Shown one piece after another: positions 35,601 through 40,000 of a DNA stretch of 40,000 nt. The translations under genes were made by a program, and so were the position numbers. Position 1 is the stretch's first letter. Every line of letters starts with the position of its first letter. The notes below the pieces were generated by a model. The model saw only the letters and a list, made by a program, of their open reading frames with translations. It did no database searches and had not been told where the DNA came from. The DNA is from Actinoplanes sp. DH11 (lineage in GTDB: Bacteria > Actinomycetota > Actinomycetes > Mycobacteriales > Micromonosporaceae), in assembly GCF_020873875.1 (NCBI RefSeq), contig NZ_JAHWGU010000013.1, forward strand, positions 52,955 to 92,954, given 5' to 3'.

Positions 35601-37067
35601 GTGCAGCATGGCGGCCTGGATGGTGGTCGACAGCGGGCTCACCCGTGAGACCGGATCGACCCGCAGAGCCATCGCGTACTGGCGGCCCTCCTCCTCCATG
35701 TCATCGGGATGCGGCGACAGGTAGTCGACGTTGTGTCGGTCCACGCCGGTAAGGTCGCTGAAAAAATCTGCCGCGTCCCGCAGGGTCGCGCTCAGGCCGA
35801 CGATGGTCAGCTGCTGCCGGCCCAGCCCGCTACGCCACCGCCGCAGCAGCAGGGCGACCTGGGCGCCGTGCATGCCGCTGTAGGTGTGCGCCTCGTCGAG
35901 CAGCACCAGCCTGGGTACCCGTCCGCCGGTCCAGCCGAGCAGGGGAGCCTGCCCCGGATCCGTGCTGGTCCGGTTCAGCATCTCGGTGCTCGTGAAAAGC
36001 AGATCCGGAGGATTCTCTCGCAGGGTCCGACGGGTCAACACCAGGTGGTCGATCGGTGGCTGGGCGCAATCCGGGGCGGTGCAGCGCAGCCGCTCCCGCG
36101 GCTTCACCGCGACGCGGTCCATCTCGGCCCAGATCAGGTCACCGCGGCAAGTGGGACATTTGAGGTACGGGCAGACGGGATCCGTGCCGTGCCGGGCCCA
36201 GCCGCGGCCGCGGCCGCCCTGGGCGGAGGACAGCCGGAAGTCGTCGTTGTCGTAAGCGGTGTCGCCGTACAAAACACCGATCCGTAGGCCGCGCGTGCCG
36301 TGCTCGGCCAGTGCCAAGTTGATCGCCGAGGTGTTGGCGACCGCCTCCCGGAGTTGGTCGCGCAGCAGTTCGTTGCGCGGATACAGCGCCAGGGTGTGCA
36401 CGCCTGTCCTGCGGGTCTGAGCGTGATCGGACATTGCCAGCAACGCCGGCAGATAGAATGACAAGGTCTTTCCGCTACCGGTGCCGGCTCCGACGATGAC
36501 CGCCCGGCCCCCGCCCAGGGCGAGGTCCCGGCGGATCGCGATGCTCGATTCGACCTGGAATCGAGCCAGGTCGCGCCCGCCCAGCAGGGCCTTGATCACG
36601 GCCTGCTGCCGGGCATCGAGTGCTGGACCGTCCGGTGGCCGCAGTTCGTCGATCACCTTGGCGACAGGAATGTTCCGGGCCGGATAGCGGCGCCGCTCGA
36701 CATGCAGGCGGTAGTCGGCAACGAGCCGAGGCTCACCCTCCCACCAATTGCCGGACCAATCCTTGATTCGGAACGGGAGGATCTGGCGTAGCGAAGCCGT
36801 CAGCCGGACAGTCTCGGCCAGTCGGGTTCGGTAGGTGGGCGGTGAGGTGGCCGGCACCTTCATCGCCAACCCCCGTTGAAGCAGCTCCGCCAGCACGTCC
36901 TCAGCCATGAGAGCAGACACTCCAGGCTGGTAGATCCGATTCTCGATGACGGCGATCACTTCGTCGTGGGAGATCACGCCGCTGGTGACGCCCCACGTCA
37001 GCAGCGGTAGTTCGAGATCCTCCAGGTCGTCGAGGATGTCGGAGTAGAGACGCCGGAGATCGGTCAC
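32649..37067 (-). CDS. very large DEAD/DEAH-box (SF2) helicase with Cys-rich insert and ~830-aa C-terminal extension (DpdJ/DpdE class)
   Basis: 1472 aa. Helicase motifs: I GAGTGSGKT (aa 193-201), Ia LYPRNELLRDQ, II LLDEAH (389-394), III GLSATL, V VATASLEVGVD, VI FLQRRGRAGRR (628-637). CPYLKCPTC...CTAPDC lies between motifs Ib and II. The GTG start overlaps the upstream stop. Confidence 0.9.
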   Translation of the reverse strand: MTDLRRLYSDILDDLEDLELPLLTWGVTSGVISHDEVIAVIENRIYQPGVSALMAEDVLAELLQRGLAMKVPATSPPTYRTRLAETVRLTASLRQILPFRIKDWSGNWWEGEPRLVADYRLHVERRRYPARNIPVAKVIDELRPPDGPALDARQQAVIKALLGGRDLARFQVESSIAIRRDLALGGGRAVIVGAGTGSGKTLSFYLPALLAMSDHAQTRRTGVHTLALYPRNELLRDQLREAVANTSAINLALAEHGTRGLRIGVLYGDTAYDNDDFRLSSAQGGRGRGWARHGTDPVCPYLKCPTCRGDLIWAEMDRVAVKPRERLRCTAPDCAQPPIDHLVLTRRTLRENPPDLLFTSTEMLNRTSTDPGQAPLLGWTGGRVPRLVLLDEAHTYSGMHGAQVALLLRRWRSGLGRQQLTIVGLSATLRDAADFFSDLTGVDRHNVDYLSPHPDDMEEEGRQYAMALRVDPVSRVSPLSTTIQAAMLHARVLDPRGSEWLYGSRGFLFTDDLDVTNRLYNDLADAEGNGPNGNSSVLAGLRSKDRGANGAQYLDGQRWDLVNTIGRQLDPDRKRYGLRVGRTSSQDTGVDQDADLVVATASLEVGVDDDRVGLVVQHKAPRDAASFLQRRGRAGRRRLTRPWTVVTLSDFGRDRLTYQAYDQLFDPELPARRLPVGNRFVLKIQAAQSMLDWIARRARCDSRRAVTAPAKGKDRHWDAQAVIDQLKLLLADGRIQKELAVWLRRSLGVPADEVTALMWEAPRSLMLGVAPTVLRRLESRWAATEPGAEPNTLLPEFVTRTLFDSLNLPEVTFRLPFENADDVPMPIERALREAVPGRASRRFGFRTAWDRTWLPLPPGTSSDLEITTFTEQYEDEGHWQPPGRPPIRVLRPHIIKLSPPPPDVKDQSQATPVWASEFVPDHLNEGAVPKPSLWEDRVRSVGFATGAAGNPVEVRRMTTGANCNTMIGKGSFSRKVEYRYDDEPAALGFRMDVDAIRFTAAALDPSDERVATYLRSPQWRFLAFKATLVADPKLDEADVNVFARGWLALVYTTAYALLRCSGGGRDPEAAHRSLTNGRWADRVDEVLNAIYRSEGGVGPNRLAGDLRNLATQRVVRDAVDQHSRLLWCDDIDVQTADLARRAYRDTVAAAILAAAQRACPDAQDGDLTVDVIAPESPDGIATVWLSETSIGGLGIITQLAPYYQEDPRRFWSLVDSALAPSDYEYLHDTLIQLLRHVVDNPGSAAAQQIDVLRDPPSAGAAENALSELKLAWAAIDGHPRQQAVSALSTRLLRKGTDRGTDRLVLDLMSVWDETQQRLGFEVDAAVFAYLVGTGTIPVSGLDSRRFGADQVYSLLWPRGADARSQQLVHYQPFAPGALLDRLLVQAAHDERLPRIDVTEPGWRERYIAEITSSGAVRLTAPVEKMAAVTAAMRLVPATPVDHGALRVYGDVRSLDREAGQMSCVVEIREFAQ

Positions 37068-37735
37068 GACGCCCTCCGCCGGACCACAATCGTGCCGGTC
37101 AGCCCGTGCTCGCTGAGCAGCCGCAGGTCATCGGCCGTCAGTTTGTCGAGCGTGGTGCCGGCGTCCAACCGTCGCAACAGATCGAGCAGTTCTGGGTTGG
37201 GGTCGGGGGCCTCGTCGAGTCGCTCGCGCAACCGGCCGTGGACGGCGAGGAACTGGGTGATCGTCGCGGCCCGGGCCTCGCCGGCACGCAGTTTCCCGAG
37301 ATCCTTCAGCGAGGCCTTAGCGGCCGCGGCCTCCGCGCCCTCGAACATGACCAGCCGGTCCACCCGCAGTTCCGCGAGCCGTTCGGCGGACCAACTCGTC
37401 CATGCCTGCTGCACCGCGGCGCCGATGCCCTTGCCTGCGTTCGACACGGTGGTGATCGCGCCGTTCAGCGCCGTGTCGGAGGGCACGCCTCCGGCCGTGC
37501 GCTTGCGGAAGAGCGACAGGCCGTTGGCGGCCTTGCCGAGGTCGATCGACGCGCCCTCGGCGTTGAGCCGGCGTGCGGCCTCGAGCGTGGTGCGCAGTTG
37601 CTCGAGTTGATCCCGGAGCTGGTTGATCTTGGTGGTGGTGGCGAAGGTGGTCACCTCCTCTGCGCGGCTGATCTGGATCTGACGGGCCGTGGCGGCGAAC
37701 TGCAGAGCCTTCTCCATGACCGACTGGTTACTCAT
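37064..37735 (-). CDS. hypothetical all-helical protein (223 aa) in the dpd effector operon
   Basis: ATG 37735 overlaps the upstream gene end by 8 nt (ATGAGTAA). Product MSNQSVMEKALQFAATARQIQISRAEEV...; Ala/Leu/Arg-rich and coiled-coil-like. I recognise no domain. Confidence 0.65.
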   Translation of the reverse strand: MSNQSVMEKALQFAATARQIQISRAEEVTTFATTTKINQLRDQLEQLRTTLEAARRLNAEGASIDLGKAANGLSLFRKRTAGGVPSDTALNGAITTVSNAGKGIGAAVQQAWTSWSAERLAELRVDRLVMFEGAEAAAAKASLKDLGKLRAGEARAATITQFLAVHGRLRERLDEAPDPNPELLDLLRRLDAGTTLDKLTADDLRLLSEHGLTGTIVVRRRAS

Positions 37736-40000
37736 CAGATCCCTCTCCCACCGGCTTCTCGACCACGATTCTTTCCCACTCGGTGCAGACCTCCCGTACC
37801 TGCCTGGCCAGATCGTCGCCGGTACCGCCGGCGCGCAGGGCAGCGGCCGCCAGGCTTCGGTCAAGCCAGGCGCCGCTCTCCGTCAGGAAATCGGCCAGCG
37901 GCTTCAGGCCCGCGCCGCGAGGGCGGGTAGCCGTCACGATGGCGAGCTGCTGCCACCGGCTGTCGTCTGCCTTGTCGAGTTTGCCGAGGTCGTTCCGCAA
38001 CTGGTCGACGGCCTCCGAACCAAGGTCGCGTGCTTCGTCGAGGCGCTTGACGAAGTTCAGCCGGAACTCCTCCCCGCCGGGGAGCAGGCCGACCTCTCCC
38101 GCCATCTTGAACGCCTGGTCGATTGCATCCAGGGTGTCCTTCAGGTTCACCCCGGGCGGTAGCAGCCCGGACAGCCGTTGGTTGATCTCCCGGAACGCGA
38201 TGTTCTGGTGCTCCACCAGTTCGCCGAAGCGTGCGAGCGGAGCGTTCGCCGGGTGGATCCACTTCGCCTCGGCCGACGGCACGTGCTGCCAGGACCAGTC
38301 GGCGGCCTGCCGGACCAGCCTGACCACCCGCGCGCTGTCGAGCATTCGGACGGCGCCCATACCCTGGGGCACGCCTAGCAGTTGGCGGATCTCTGTGATC
38401 AGCTGCAGGCGAGCCGCCCGATGATTGGTGAAGGCTGTCTTCCACGTGTCGACCCGAAGGGCGGCATCGGTCAACTGCCAGGCGGCGCCGTTGTCGAAGG
38501 CAGCCGCCATCAACTCCGTGTCTTTCATACCCGGCCGTGCATGCCCGGCCACGGCCGCGCCGATCAGCGAGGCTCGCAGCGCCTTGACCAGGAGATCATC
38601 CTGGCCACCGCGGATCCGGAGGACCGCCTTGACGAGGTCCGGTTGGTGCCGCTCGGCGATCTTGGCGAGCTGCGGCAGGGCCTTCTCGTTACCTGGATCG
38701 TCGACTTTCGCCTGCAGGGTCAGCAACTGGCCGAAGAAGACCGCCGTTACCCGGTCGCGTTCAAACCGGATCGGGGCGTGCTCGCTGTGGCCTTCTCCCG
38801 CGGCGTCCCTGATCGAGACCACACTGGACCGGCTGGCCGGCCAGGCGAGTTTCTTGACGTCCGCGTTCGGCTCGCCCATGAGCGGGGAGCTCCAGTCACA
38901 GCGGTTGTAGACCGCTGCGCTGACGATGCGGCGGACCTCCGCCGCGGTGTTCTGGGTCAGCGGCTGGTGCCCGGCCGCCCACTGCTCGACGGCGGCCAGG
39001 TGTTCGCGCAGCGCCCTGGGCCAGGCCGCCTTCGGATCGACGGGGCCGGGAGCCGGTGCTGCCTTCGTCAGTGCCGGCTTGGCAGGCGAAGCCGTGGGCG
39101 TCCGGTCCATGACTCGCGGGGTGGTGGTCAGTTCCGGGATCCCGAAGGCGTCGTGGATACCGGAGTCGACATTCGTGACCTCGGCCGGGGCGTCTCCCCA
39201 GAATTCGAGCAGGAGCGCCCGTCGTTCGGCGGTGGCCGGGTCGGCCGTCTCCAGCGCGACGTGGACCTTCGAGTGCAGTTGCGGCTCGGAGGTGACCGGG
39301 GGGAACTGCTCGCGGAACCGCGCGTTCGGGAACCGGCCGGAGGCCAGGTCGTCCCCGTCCTCGAGTACCGGCCGGATCACTCGGCCGATGATCCGGCGCG
39401 GGTTGAACGTGTCGCCCTCATCCCGCCCGGGCGTGCTCCGGATGGCCCGGCGCAGCGCCGTCCAGTTGAACGGGAACAGGCCGTGCCCACTCGGCGAGAC
39501 ACCGAACGATTCGTGGCAGGACTCGCGGAATTTGCAGTCGTCGCACGCGTTGGGCACCGGGGCGCTGTCGGCGACGCCCGCCTCCTCGAGCCGGCCGGCG
39601 CCGATCCGCGCCGCGTTCAGGTAACGGCCGACGAAATTCTGGGTCCGCTGCCGTCCCTCGTGGTCAGGGTTGAAGTCGGCGTCCAGGTCGTAGACGTACG
39701 GGGTGGCCGCCTCCATCCGGGTGACGACGGTCTTCGCCAGGTCACGGTAGTAGCCGGATGTGATCGCCATCAGGGTACGGATCGGCGCGTACACCTGCTG
39801 TCCGTCGCGAATGCCGGCCTCGATCAGCACATCGAGCAGATCGCGCTGGAGACCCTGGATGACCGCGAAGTCCTCGATCAGCAGGACGATCTCCTTACCC
39901 TGCCGGTGGTACTCCTCCCGGATCGTCAGCATGGCGTCCTGCAGGCGGCCACCGAGCTTGAACACCTGCTGCACCGCGGTGGAGAGGTTCTCGGTGATCA
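37728..40000 (-). CDS. large P-loop-NTPase-like protein, 5' end outside window (possible DpdH equivalent)
   Basis: The frame is open to the window edge (...ITENLSTAVQQVFKLGG...). It has a Walker-B-like EIVLLIEDFA, a Cys/His cluster CDDCKFRESCH (39513-39545), and a long helical C-terminal region. At least 757 aa are visible. Confidence 0.7.
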   Translation of the reverse strand, partial: ITENLSTAVQQVFKLGGRLQDAMLTIREEYHRQGKEIVLLIEDFAVIQGLQRDLLDVLIEAGIRDGQQVYAPIRTLMAITSGYYRDLAKTVVTRMEAATPYVYDLDADFNPDHEGRQRTQNFVGRYLNAARIGAGRLEEAGVADSAPVPNACDDCKFRESCHESFGVSPSGHGLFPFNWTALRRAIRSTPGRDEGDTFNPRRIIGRVIRPVLEDGDDLASGRFPNARFREQFPPVTSEPQLHSKVHVALETADPATAERRALLLEFWGDAPAEVTNVDSGIHDAFGIPELTTTPRVMDRTPTASPAKPALTKAAPAPGPVDPKAAWPRALREHLAAVEQWAAGHQPLTQNTAAEVRRIVSAAVYNRCDWSSPLMGEPNADVKKLAWPASRSSVVSIRDAAGEGHSEHAPIRFERDRVTAVFFGQLLTLQAKVDDPGNEKALPQLAKIAERHQPDLVKAVLRIRGGQDDLLVKALRASLIGAAVAGHARPGMKDTELMAAAFDNGAAWQLTDAALRVDTWKTAFTNHRAARLQLITEIRQLLGVPQGMGAVRMLDSARVVRLVRQAADWSWQHVPSAEAKWIHPANAPLARFGELVEHQNIAFREINQRLSGLLPPGVNLKDTLDAIDQAFKMAGEVGLLPGGEEFRLNFVKRLDEARDLGSEAVDQLRNDLGKLDKADDSRWQQLAIVTATRPRGAGLKPLADFLTESGAWLDRSLAAAALRAGGTGDDLARQVREVCTEWERIVVEKPVGEGSDE

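Overview
High-GC (visually ~70%+) actinomycete-type chromosomal window with two parts.

**Core region (1-18.9 kb).** This part carries housekeeping and sugar-utilisation genes:
- the dgt (5' partial) and dnaG pair;
- an ABC exporter with one ATPase and two ABC-2 permeases;
- a YihY-family membrane protein;
- a ROK regulator followed by a sugar ABC importer (two-NBD ATPase, permease, lipoprotein binding protein), a Gfo/Idh/MocA oxidoreductase and two xylose-isomerase-like TIM-barrel proteins;
- a YtxH-like small protein, tRNA-Asn(GTT), and an FAD oxidoreductase.

**Accessory island (from tRNA-Met(CAT), 18907-18980, to the window end).**
- First comes an insertion-sequence graveyard. An IS30-family element with a nonsense mutation sits inside an IS3-family element, which sits inside an IS256 transposase remnant, next to an IS701-like remnant.
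- From ~23.1 kb onward there is a 7-deazaguanine DNA-modification island of the Dpd type.
- Its plus-strand operon has eight translationally coupled genes: queC, queE, queD, folE2, a YaaA/DUF328-like gene (DpdC candidate), a DGQHR/DndB-like gene, the TGT-like dpdA, and a second DGQHR paralogue.
- Converging on it is a five-gene coupled minus-strand operon: a P-loop-like protein (5' end outside the window), a 223-aa helical protein, a 1472-aa DEAH helicase, a single-HKD PLD nuclease, and a 654-aa protein with a DUF2325-like tail.

The system belongs to a described family (Dpd, Thiaville et al. PNAS 2016), so I do not claim a new principle. The unusual points are the architecture: twin DGQHR paralogues that both read DGQQR, a full preQ0 pathway including folE2 fused into the operon, and the effector gene set.

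Smaller oddities are reported separately:
- four evenly spaced CCCGTGTGG motifs;
- an in-frame 45/15-bp tandem repeat at the ROK/ABC gene junction;
- a 665-bp non-coding gap with a strong hairpin.

All family assignments come from reading the translations by eye. No searches were run.
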